From the NCBI GenBank assembly GCA_964450735.1, contig CAYVDC010000005.1, forward strand, positions 22,628 to 86,627: 64,000 nucleotides of DNA, in the 5' to 3' direction. This DNA comes from an uncultured Candidatus Saccharibacteria bacterium. GTDB taxonomy: Bacteria > Patescibacteriota > Minisyncoccia > Phycocordibacterales > UBA9973. Below the pieces are notes generated by a model that was given only the letters and a program-made list of their open reading frames with translations, was not told where the DNA came from and did not search any database. A program made the position numbers and the translations under genes. Positions 1-7,645 of the stretch are shown one piece after another; the first letter of the stretch is position 1; each line of letters starts with the position of its first letter.

Positions 1-951
1 CTGGAAGCCGAGATCGCTCGAATACAAAAAAATGGCGGCAGGTCATTTATCTTTGCCCTGCGAAATGGAATTGCAAGCATGACTGCCTGCCGAGATTGCT
101 CCGAAGTCCTTTCATGCGAATTCTGCAATGCGCCGCTCGCCCTCTACAAAACTGGCGAAAAACGAGTCTTCATCTGCAACGCCTGCAAGCGCCATGCGCC
201 GAACGACAGCGCTTGCAGGCGTTGCGGCAGCTGGAACTTGCATTCATACGGAGTAGGCATCGAAAGCGTGTATGAAGAATGCGTCGCACGTTTCCCAGAA
301 GCGCAGATATTTCGCATCGACCGCGCGACAATCAAAAACGACAAGGAGGCTCGCACCATGATGGAAAACTTTGAGACGAGTGCTGGCGGTATCCTCGTAG
401 GCACCGAACTTGCACTCAATTACATTACTGCCAAAGTCCCACTGATAGGTGTTGCCTCATTTGATTCACTGTTTTCAATACCAAGTTTCCGAGTCAGCGA
501 ACGAATTGTCGAGCTCGTCACTACGCTTCGAGAAAAAACCGAGAAGCTGCTCATGATCCAAACTATTTATCCAGACGACAGACTGCTCTCAATCACCGCA
601 AAACCTCGCCTCTTTTCATGGTACGCCGAAGAACTCGCAGAACGCCAGGATTTCAACTACCCACCATTTTGTACGCTCATCAAAATCGTCGGACATTTCC
701 CCAAAGACAAGATCAATCAGGCACGAGAATCACTCGCCACAGAACTCGCAGTATGGACGCCCGACATATTTACCGGAAATTCCGCCGAGAACAAAAACTA
801 CGCCAAGCTCGTCGCGCTCATAAAGCTCCCAAAATCAGACTGGTGGTTCCCCCACCTCGGCAAAAACAAACAAAACGCCGACCTCAAAAAAGTCCTTACT
901 TCGCTGCGGCAAAACTATGCAGTCCTTGTAAACCCAGAGGATTTACTCTAA
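1..951 (+). CDS. priA: Primosomal protein N' (PriA), C-terminal part; 5' end lies outside the window
   Basis: Frame open from nt 1; Cys-rich zinc-binding segment (CRDC..CEFC..CNAC..CRRC) then helicase C-terminal and winged-helix region, typical PriA tail. Confidence 0.75.
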   Translation: MEAEIARIQKNGGRSFIFALRNGIASMTACRDCSEVLSCEFCNAPLALYKTGEKRVFICNACKRHAPNDSACRRCGSWNLHSYGVGIESVYEECVARFPEAQIFRIDRATIKNDKEARTMMENFETSAGGILVGTELALNYITAKVPLIGVASFDSLFSIPSFRVSERIVELVTTLREKTEKLLMIQTIYPDDRLLSITAKPRLFSWYAEELAERQDFNYPPFCTLIKIVGHFPKDKINQARESLATELAVWTPDIFTGNSAENKNYAKLVALIKLPKSDWWFPHLGKNKQNADLKKVLTSLRQNYAVLVNPEDLL

Positions 952-977
952 TTTACCAGCATAAACCCAAATCTCTG

Positions 978-1099
978 CCACCTATGGCGATGAGATGCTC
1001 ATGGCGCGTCGGCGCACTTTTGAGCGGAGCACAAAGGTGCCCGATCAAAAGTGCGCCGTAAGCGTTCTCCCAGAACTTCATCCCATTTCACCACCTAGG
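978..1099 (+). repeat. Copy 1 of a conserved structured intergenic element of about 95 nt (long imperfect hairpin)
   Basis: About 90% identical to 5375-5471 and to the reverse complement of 26448-26545; 14-bp stem CGGCGCACTTTTGA/TCAAAAGTGCGCCG around an inner stem-loop. Confidence 0.6.
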
Positions 1100-1130
1100 T
1101 ATTGCTTTTAAAAGGAATTATGCTACTATT

Positions 1131-1394
1131 ATGCCCATGTCAAAAACCGTTATAGAAGTAAAGAAAAACAGCAACGAAAACAACGCAACCCTCTTGCGCC
1201 GATTTTCACGTAAGGTCATGGATGCAGGAATCATCCACTCAGTAAAAAACAACCGCTACAGCGAGCGCGATACATCAAAACTTTCACTCAAAGTCATCGC
1301 ACTCCGCCGACTCGCACGCCGAAAGGAAGTCGAGAAATTGAAGAAGCTCGGCAAAATGAAAGAACGCGAGCACCGCGGCGGCCCACGACAATAA
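1131..1394 (+). CDS. rpsU: 30S ribosomal protein S21-like
   Basis: 87 aa, basic; LLRRFSRKV...SERDTSK..ALRRLARRK pattern resembles S21. Confidence 0.5.
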   Translation: MPMSKTVIEVKKNSNENNATLLRRFSRKVMDAGIIHSVKNNRYSERDTSKLSLKVIALRRLARRKEVEKLKKLGKMKEREHRGGPRQ

Positions 1395-1398
1395 AACC

Positions 1399-1809
1399 AT
1401 GGTTGATACAGATCTCACATCCGTCATCAACAAGACAAAAGGCAAGCTCCCAAGCTTGCCTTTTGTCGAAATGAAAGAAAAAATCCTCGGCAAAGGATAC
1501 GAGCTTTCGATTTCCTTTGTCAGCCCAAAAGAATCACAGAAGCTCAATCTCACCTACCGCGGAAAAGACAACCCAACAAACGTACTTAGTTTCGAACTTT
1601 CAAAAAAATCAGGAGAACTCGTTCTCCAACTTGCATGCGTGAAGCGCGATGCAAAAAAATTCAACATGGATTACCCCAATTTCTTGGCATTTTTACTTAT
1701 CCACGGAATGCTGCATTTGAAAGGAATGCAACATGGTAGTACAATGGAGAAACAAGAGGCTCGTTTCAAAAAAATATTTGGCATCACCGAAGTCGCTTCG
1801 AACAAATAA
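1399..1809 (+). CDS. ybeY: Endoribonuclease YbeY (rRNA maturation factor)
   Basis: HGMLHLKGMQH zinc-binding motif (H-x3-H-x5-H), about 136 aa. Confidence 0.85.
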   Translation: MVDTDLTSVINKTKGKLPSLPFVEMKEKILGKGYELSISFVSPKESQKLNLTYRGKDNPTNVLSFELSKKSGELVLQLACVKRDAKKFNMDYPNFLAFLLIHGMLHLKGMQHGSTMEKQEARFKKIFGITEVASNK

Positions 1810-1844
1810 TTTACTTGAGACGGAACTTTTCGTACCCAACCCTT

Positions 1845-3011
1845 ATGCGAAAAATCACCGTCGGCATTGATATCGGAACACACACGACACGCGTCGTGGT
1901 TTCAGAGCACGTCAAAGAATCTTCCCTCCCAATTATTATCGGTACCGGCCTCGCCGAATCAAAAGGCATGCGCCACGGCTACATCGTTAACTCGAGCGAA
2001 ATCCTCAAATCAATCAAGCGAGCTTTGTATGAAGCCGAAAAAGCAAGCGGCGTAAAGATCAAGCAAGTCGTCGCATCTATCGGCGGCATCAGCCTCAAGT
2101 CAGACATCACTGCGGGCTCAGCAATTATCTCAAAAGCAGATTCTGAGGTCACCGCGCTCGACGTCGACAAAGCAATCAAAGAAAGCGAACAAGCCCTCAC
2201 GCTTACCAATCGCCGTATTATTTTCTCTAACACTCTTTCATGCAAACTCGATGGCAAGGACGTACTTGGCCGACCAGAAGGAATGAAAGGAATCAAGCTT
2301 GAAACTCGCGTACTCTATGTAACTGCGCTTGAACAGCATCTTGATGATTTCGAAGCAGTGCTTCTTGAAGCTGGCGTCGAGGTTATTGATATTCTCCCAT
2401 CTCCAGTTGCCGCAAGCGCAATCGCACTGACTGAGCGCCAGCGCACCGTTGGAGTAGCGCTTGTGAACATCGGCGCAGAAACAGTATCGCTTGCTGTCTA
2501 CGAAAATAGCGCGCTTATCGGCCTGCATGTTTTCTCTATCGGTTCTACTGATATCACCAACGACATTGCTCTCGGCCTGAAGATCCCGCTCGAAGAAGCA
2601 GAAAGCATCAAGATCGGAACTTCAATGAGCAACAGTTTCTCAAAACGAAAACTCGACGACATTGTCGAAGCTCGGCTCACTGATATTTTCGAACTTGTAG
2701 AAAGCTACCTCAAAAAAATAAAACGCAGCGAACTCCTGCCAGCAGGCATCATCATGACTGGCGGCGGAGTTGGACTTCCACTCATAGAAGAAATGGCGCG
2801 CACCGTTCTCAAACTCCCGACCAAAATTGGATCAGGCGAAATGGTTACTGTAGCCAAAGGCAAGCTCCGCGACTCTTCATGGTTCGTTTCCTATGGACTC
2901 GTCGTGACCGCACGCCGCAACTCATCGCTTTTCGACGAATCGTCATTCGGAGGTTTCGCAAAAAGCGCTAAAGACGCAGTACAGTCTTTCTTTAAGCAAT
3001 TTCTGCCATAA
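1845..3011 (+). CDS. ftsA: Cell division protein FtsA
   Basis: ITVGIDIGT actin-fold phosphate-1 motif; about 390 aa; immediately upstream of ftsZ region; ORF opens at 1815, the ATG at 1845 is preferred. Confidence 0.85.
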   Translation: MRKITVGIDIGTHTTRVVVSEHVKESSLPIIIGTGLAESKGMRHGYIVNSSEILKSIKRALYEAEKASGVKIKQVVASIGGISLKSDITAGSAIISKADSEVTALDVDKAIKESEQALTLTNRRIIFSNTLSCKLDGKDVLGRPEGMKGIKLETRVLYVTALEQHLDDFEAVLLEAGVEVIDILPSPVAASAIALTERQRTVGVALVNIGAETVSLAVYENSALIGLHVFSIGSTDITNDIALGLKIPLEEAESIKIGTSMSNSFSKRKLDDIVEARLTDIFELVESYLKKIKRSELLPAGIIMTGGGVGLPLIEEMARTVLKLPTKIGSGEMVTVAKGKLRDSSWFVSYGLVVTARRNSSLFDESSFGGFAKSAKDAVQSFFKQFLP

Positions 3012-3072
3012 AAAAAGTGTCATGCAGAGTATATTCCGCATAACACTTACCATGAATCTTTTTGTTTTAATA

Positions 3073-3750
3073 CTAATTTCCATTCTTATTTAAGAATTTT
3101 TGGGGTTCTCGAACCTCCAGTTTCTTTTTTTTCTTTTTTGTTAAGACAAGCAACTTATCGAATAATGCATTCAGTTCTTTTTGTACTTTTGCAAATTCTG
3201 TTTTCTTAACAAACACCGGAGCAAAGTTATCCTTAATTCTACCTAGCTCATCATACGAACGCAGACCCAATCTTTTGGATTCATACCCGATTGAAGAGAA
3301 ATTGTAATGTAGTGCATTTCCAGTAGAAACCTGGAACCTAGATGCCAAACTAAATAATCCGCCACCTACAGCGAAAGAGGTAAATTGAGTTGAAATATCG
3401 GTATACCATACTTCGCCTTTCTTTAGTTCTGGATGTGTAAAAGGTTTTTTCTTTTTTTTCAATTCCTTTTGGTTTTGCAAATATTCGGACTTTTGCACAA
3501 AGATTGGCCTGTTTGATTCTATTACATCCCCTTTAGAGTTGTATGCTGTAACTCCTAAGCGTTTAGTTTTGAAGCCACAATCATCAAAGTTTTGTTGCGC
3601 GGCTTTTCTCTTATTACTATCAAACATTATAAAGCCCGACTCTGACTTTGTATGTACATATTCACTCGAAATGTTTGTAAGCCACATTTCACCTCGTTTT
3701 AATTCAGGATGAACGAATGGTTTTTTCTTGGTTGGTTTTGGTTTTTTCAT
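3073..3750 (-). CDS. Hypothetical lysine-rich protein built from two tandem domains of about 95 aa
   Basis: Internal duplication KKKPF[VT]HPELK[RK]GE[MV]W...SKRLG...P[IV]FV.K[ST]E[YF].K.QKEL; very AT-rich; inserted on the opposite strand between ftsA and ftsZ. Confidence 0.5.
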   Translation of the reverse strand: MKKPKPTKKKPFVHPELKRGEMWLTNISSEYVHTKSESGFIMFDSNKRKAAQQNFDDCGFKTKRLGVTAYNSKGDVIESNRPIFVQKSEYLQNQKELKKKKKPFTHPELKKGEVWYTDISTQFTSFAVGGGLFSLASRFQVSTGNALHYNFSSIGYESKRLGLRSYDELGRIKDNFAPVFVKKTEFAKVQKELNALFDKLLVLTKKKKKKLEVREPQKFLNKNGN

Positions 3751-3892
3751 TGTTAAGGCTTAAAGTTAATTAAAACAAAACGCACAATTTTTTACGCTCT
3801 TTGTTTTAATTAACTTACAAAAAGTTTGCTGCATTATATACTATTTTATAGTTTTTGTCAATATCACACAGCTTAATTCCCTTTTTCTGCCA

Positions 3893-3904
3893 TTGTGCTA
3901 TGAT
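3893..3904 (+). promoter_or_regulatory. Candidate extended -10 promoter element upstream of ftsZ (TGcTATGAT)
   Basis: TG-N-TATGAT about 60 nt upstream of the ftsZ ATG; sequence pattern only. Confidence 0.3.
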
Positions 3905-3962
3905 ACGGAAAGTTATCAGATATTCAGCACAAATCAGTGCTTTTTAACCAACAGCAACCTTT

Positions 3963-5168
3963 ATGGCAAAAATTAACCCAGACATCGAAACAATCGCACG
4001 AATCAAAGTCATCGGAGTCGGTGGATCAGGCAAAAACGCCTTGAACCACATGATTTCATCAAAAGTCCGCAACGTCGAGTTCATTGCAATGAACACCGAT
4101 ACGCAGGACCTTCACAATTCCCTCGCAGAAAAGAAAATCCACCTCGGCAAGAACTTGACCAAGGGTCTTGGTGCTGGAATGAATCCTGAAGTTGGAAAGC
4201 GTGCTGCCGAAGAAACAAAAGCTGAAGTTCAGGATGCAATCAAAGGCGCTGATATGGTTTTCATTGCTTGTGGTATGGGTGGCGGAACTGGAACAGGTGC
4301 TGCTCCGATCGTTGCTCGCGCTTCAAAGGAACAAGGCATCCTCACTGTTGGTGTTGTCACCAAGCCGTTCTTCTTCGAAGGAAACCAGCGCATGCGCATT
4401 GCTGAGTCTGGACTTGCTGAACTCTCAAAGGAAGTCGATGCAATCATCGTCATTCCTAACGACCGCCTCCTCGCTATTTCTGGAAAGGATACTTCTCTCA
4501 AAGATGCATTCGCACTCTGCGACGATGTTCTCCGCGATGCAGTAGAAGGTATCTCTGACCTCATTACTACTCCAGGTATCATCAACGTTGACTTCGCCGA
4601 TATTCGCGCGATCATGGCTGATGCTGGTACTGCGCTTATGGGTATTGGTTCTGCTTCTGGTGAAAACCGAGCAGTTACTGCTGCAACTGAGGCTATCAAC
4701 TCTCCTCTCCTCGACATTTCAATCAATGGCGCACGTGGCGTACTCTTTGCAATCTCTGGTTCTGATGATCTCACTATGCACGAGATTCAGGAAGCTGCTA
4801 AAGTCATCACTGAAGCTATCGACAAGGATGCAAAAGTTATCTTTGGAACTATCCATGATGAGCGCCTCAAGAAAGGCGAAGTCAAAGTCACTGTTATCGC
4901 AACTGGATTTGCTGGCGAACTTCCAAAGAAATCCCTCTTCACTGATCGTGAAGTATTCCAGTCAGTAAAAGAAGTTGTTACTCCTCCTATCTCAAAGCCA
5001 ACTCCTGTCGCTGAAGAAAAGAAAGAAATCAACAATTCTCTTCCTCCGACAAACGAGTATGTCAAAAAGCCGACTGAAACTATCATCATCGAAGACGACT
5101 CATTCCTTGACGACGCTGGCGAAGATTGGAGCGCAGTTCCTGCATTCCTCCGACGACCTAAAAAATAA
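3963..5168 (+). CDS. ftsZ: Cell division GTPase FtsZ
   Basis: GVGGSGKNA and GMGGGTGTGAAP tubulin signature (GGGTGTG). Confidence 0.95.
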   Translation: MAKINPDIETIARIKVIGVGGSGKNALNHMISSKVRNVEFIAMNTDTQDLHNSLAEKKIHLGKNLTKGLGAGMNPEVGKRAAEETKAEVQDAIKGADMVFIACGMGGGTGTGAAPIVARASKEQGILTVGVVTKPFFFEGNQRMRIAESGLAELSKEVDAIIVIPNDRLLAISGKDTSLKDAFALCDDVLRDAVEGISDLITTPGIINVDFADIRAIMADAGTALMGIGSASGENRAVTAATEAINSPLLDISINGARGVLFAISGSDDLTMHEIQEAAKVITEAIDKDAKVIFGTIHDERLKKGEVKVTVIATGFAGELPKKSLFTDREVFQSVKEVVTPPISKPTPVAEEKKEINNSLPPTNEYVKKPTETIIIEDDSFLDDAGEDWSAVPAFLRRPKK

Positions 5169-5177
5169 GATTTTAAA

Positions 5178-5205
5178 AGACCGCCTGTGTGGCGGTTTTT
5201 TTATT
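5178..5205 (+). terminator. Rho-independent terminator after ftsZ
   Basis: ACCGCC-tgtgt-GGCGGT hairpin followed by a T-run. Confidence 0.7.
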
Positions 5206-5225
5206 TGTGGTTATTTGGAATTATG

Positions 5226-5471
5226 TTCTGGGAGAGCGCACCAGCAGTAGTTTCCTGACTTGCTCACGCTGCGTCAGGAGAACTACTGCTTCGCGCCCTG
5301 TGCATCTCATCACCATACTCATTGGCAATCACTACCTTTACGGTAAAAACATCTAAGTCACTTGCCACCTATGGCACAGAGATGTTCATGGCGCGTCGGT
5401 GCACTTTTGAGCGGAGCACGGATGTGCCCGATCAAAAGTGCACCGTAAGCGCTCTCCGAGGACTCAAATCC
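5226..5471 (+). repeat. Copy 2 of the intergenic structured element, composite: 17-bp hairpin, linker module, then 95-nt core
   Basis: GCAGTAGTTTCCTGAC/GTCAGGAGAACTACTGC hairpin; module cgccctgtgcatctcatcacc...ttacggtaaaaa shared with 26521-26580; core 5375-5471 matches copy 1. Confidence 0.6.
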
Positions 5472-5523
5472 CAATATTAATCTATTTTTGTATTCAAACG
5501 ACCACATGATACAATAGCACTCT

Positions 5524-6447
5524 ATGAACGACCTGATCATTATTGGTGGCGGACCGGCAGCATGTGCTGCGGCGGTTTACGCTTCACGAAAAAGACTTAA
5601 AACTGTACTGCTTGCTTATGAGTTTGGCGGACAATCTACCGTATCTGAAGACATCCAAAACTGGATTGGCACACCTCATATTTCAGGCGCTGATTTAGCC
5701 AAGTCTTTGAAGGCTCACGTTTTTGAATACAAAGCAGACATCCTCGAAGTTCGCGAAGGACAGAATGTAGCAAAAATCGAAAAGGTTGGCGAAACATTCA
5801 AAGTAACCACCGACGCAAACGAATCATTCGAAGCCAGAAGTGTGCTTGTCTGCAGCGGCTCAGGACGACGAAAACTCGAGGTTCCCGGTGCAGCTGAATT
5901 TGAAAACAAAGGCCTCACCTACTGCGCATCATGTGATGGTCCGCTTTTTGCCGACCAAGACGTCATTGTTGTCGGAGGAGGAAACGCTGCCTTCGAATCA
6001 GCAGCCCAGCTTCTCGCCTACTGCAAATCAGTAACGCTCATCAACCGCAGCGAAAAATTCCGCGCAGATGAAATCACTATCGAGAAACTTTCAAAGAATC
6101 CAAAACTCCGCCTCATCACCAATGTAGAAATGAAAGCTGTGACCGGCGAACGATTTGTGAACGGCATGGATATTGTCCACACCAAAGACGGTACAGCTGA
6201 ACACATCACTGCAAACGGTATCTTCATCGAGATCGGACAGATCCCAAACACTGACTACGTAAAAGGCTTTCTAGACCTCGACAAAGGCAACAAGATCATC
6301 ATAGACCCAATGACGCAGCAAACCTCTGTAAAGGGCGTATGGGCTGCTGGAGACGTTACTAACGGCCTCTACCACCAGAACAATATCGCTGCTGGAGACG
6401 CGGTGAAGGCTCTCGAAGATCTCTACGTAAACTTAACTTCAAAATAA
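5524..6447 (+). CDS. trxB: Thioredoxin-disulfide reductase
   Basis: IIGGGPAACAAA FAD site, CASCDG redox-active disulfide, VVGGGNAAFE NADPH site. Confidence 0.85.
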   Translation: MNDLIIIGGGPAACAAAVYASRKRLKTVLLAYEFGGQSTVSEDIQNWIGTPHISGADLAKSLKAHVFEYKADILEVREGQNVAKIEKVGETFKVTTDANESFEARSVLVCSGSGRRKLEVPGAAEFENKGLTYCASCDGPLFADQDVIVVGGGNAAFESAAQLLAYCKSVTLINRSEKFRADEITIEKLSKNPKLRLITNVEMKAVTGERFVNGMDIVHTKDGTAEHITANGIFIEIGQIPNTDYVKGFLDLDKGNKIIIDPMTQQTSVKGVWAAGDVTNGLYHQNNIAAGDAVKALEDLYVNLTSK

Positions 6448-6462
6448 GATCAATCAGATATA

Positions 6463-6498
6463 AAAAAATCCCTCACTTTTTTGAGGGATTTTTTTATA
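6463..6498. terminator. Bidirectional intrinsic terminator between trxB and the convergent nucleotidyltransferase gene
   Basis: aaaaaaa-TCCCTCA-ctttttt-TGAGGGA-ttttttt. Confidence 0.7.
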
Positions 6499-6503
6499 TC
6501 TGA

Positions 6504-7256
6504 TTATCTTTGGTCAAAGAGTTGCTCAAGTACGCCAAGCTGTTCTTTTGAGTTTGCACCAAGTGCCTCTATCGGTGGAATTGAAACTGTTTCTATTGGA
6601 GCGCCTTCTGCAAATGCTGCCTTGATAAGATCTGTCAGGTAGTATTCATGCTGAGCATTTTCTTTTGAAAGCGTTTTGATTTTCTTGAACAACCAGTCTC
6701 GGTTGAAGACGAGATAACATGGATTTACTTCAAGGATCTCTTTTTCAGAATCTGTAGCATCCTTGAATTCTACGGTGCCATGAATCTTTCCTTCCGCATC
6801 ACGGATCACGCGGCTGTAGTTCTGGAATCCTGCACGCCACTCTCCAAAGTCTGGAAGTGTGGTTGTCGCCATCGTAATGATTGGCTTTTTTTCTGTGTGA
6901 GTTTTGAGTAATGATTCAATTGTGCTGCCTTTTAGAAATGGCTGGTCAGCATAGAGAACGACGATGGTATCTACTCCCGGTCGAATCTCATTTTCAGTAA
7001 TTGCTACTGCATGCCCTGTTCCCAACTGTTCTTGCTGATGTACATACCGTTTGTCAGCACCGAGATGATTACGCACATCTTCGTGCTTGTGACCGACAAC
7101 CATGATCGGTTCAGCCTGGACTTTCAAGGTATCAAGCGACTCGAGGATATAGTCGACAAAAGGGCGTCCACGGAGGTCCGTAAGCGCTTTTGGCAAATCT
7201 GACTCCATCCGCTTGCCTTGGCCGGCGGCTAAAATAATGAATTCGGTGTTGTGCAT
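6504..7256 (-). CDS. Sugar-phosphate nucleotidyltransferase (GlmU N-terminal-like uridylyltransferase domain)
   Basis: LAAGQGKRM and GTGHA motifs of the NTP-transferase fold, 250 aa. Confidence 0.65.
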   Translation of the reverse strand: MHNTEFIILAAGQGKRMESDLPKALTDLRGRPFVDYILESLDTLKVQAEPIMVVGHKHEDVRNHLGADKRYVHQQEQLGTGHAVAITENEIRPGVDTIVVLYADQPFLKGSTIESLLKTHTEKKPIITMATTTLPDFGEWRAGFQNYSRVIRDAEGKIHGTVEFKDATDSEKEILEVNPCYLVFNRDWLFKKIKTLSKENAQHEYYLTDLIKAAFAEGAPIETVSIPPIEALGANSKEQLGVLEQLFDQR

Positions 7257-7263
7257 ATTGGTG

Positions 7264-7335
7264 TGATCCCACGGAGAGTCGAACTCCGGTTAACGGATTG
7301 AAAACCCGCTGTCCTAACCACTAGACGATGGGACC
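7264..7335 (-). tRNA. tRNA-Glu (anticodon UUC), no encoded CCA
   Basis: Reverse-strand cloverleaf GGTCCCA/TGGGATC acceptor stem, anticodon loop TTTTCAA; near-identical to 37770-37844. Confidence 0.85.
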
Positions 7336-7430
7336 TAATTGAACGAGGATAATATACCAGAAAAGTTAGATTTTTTCAAGCAAAAGTGGTATTATGCCTG
7401 CGTTCGACCCATAAATCTCTTGATTCTCCT

Positions 7431-7517
7431 GGAGGAGTGCGTGAGTGGTTGAAACGAACGGTTTCGAAAACCGTCATGGGGTCAAACCCATCGAGAGTTC
7501 GAATCTCTCCTCCTCCG
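7431..7517 (+). tRNA. tRNA-Ser (anticodon CGA), long variable arm
   Basis: GGAGGAG/CTCCTCC acceptor stem, anticodon stem ACGGT/ACCGT with loop TTCGAAA, long variable arm CATGGGGTCAAACCCATC, T-arm GAGAG-TTCGAAT-CTCTC. Confidence 0.8.
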
Positions 7518-7645
7518 CAAAATAGGAAGCACGCAGTGCGACCATATTTTGCGTGAGTGCAGAACAAGGGGCACCTGTTGTTTCCTGGTGCGACTATGTT
7601 CTGCCTCCGCCACATAGTCCAGAATTACCACTGTAAAATAATTAC

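Noticed and set aside
1021-1060. Group II intron domain V-like hairpin inside the repeat element (GAGCGGAGCAC-aaag-GTGCCCGATC)
   Set aside because: The tetraloop is not a conserved GNRA (aaag or ggat), the bulge geometry does not fit, and there is no intron ORF or other intron domains nearby.
618-1061. 147-aa ORF in an alternative frame overlapping the priA 3' end and repeat copy 1
   Set aside because: Arg/Pro-rich low-complexity translation, embedded in the priA frame and running into the repeat; spurious.
4229-4774. 181-aa antisense ORF inside ftsZ (and similar antisense ORFs inside the Y-family polymerase 14352..14990, lysS 48261..48950, PBP 42680..43096, the DUF285 gene and others)
   Set aside because: Fully contained in well-supported genes on the opposite strand; typical artefacts of GC-rich third positions.
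5358-5540. Short ORFs at 5358..5540(-) and 26484..26765(+) sharing the peptide APLKSAPTR.EHL
   Set aside because: The shared peptide is just the translated reverse strand of the conserved 95-nt repeat element; the copies sit in different frames and contexts and copy 1 has no such ORF, so the conservation is at the nucleotide or structure level, not protein coding.
7376-7615. 79-aa minus-strand ORF
   Set aside because: Lies antisense across tRNA-Ser (7431-7517) and the structured leader; no coding signal; treated as spurious.
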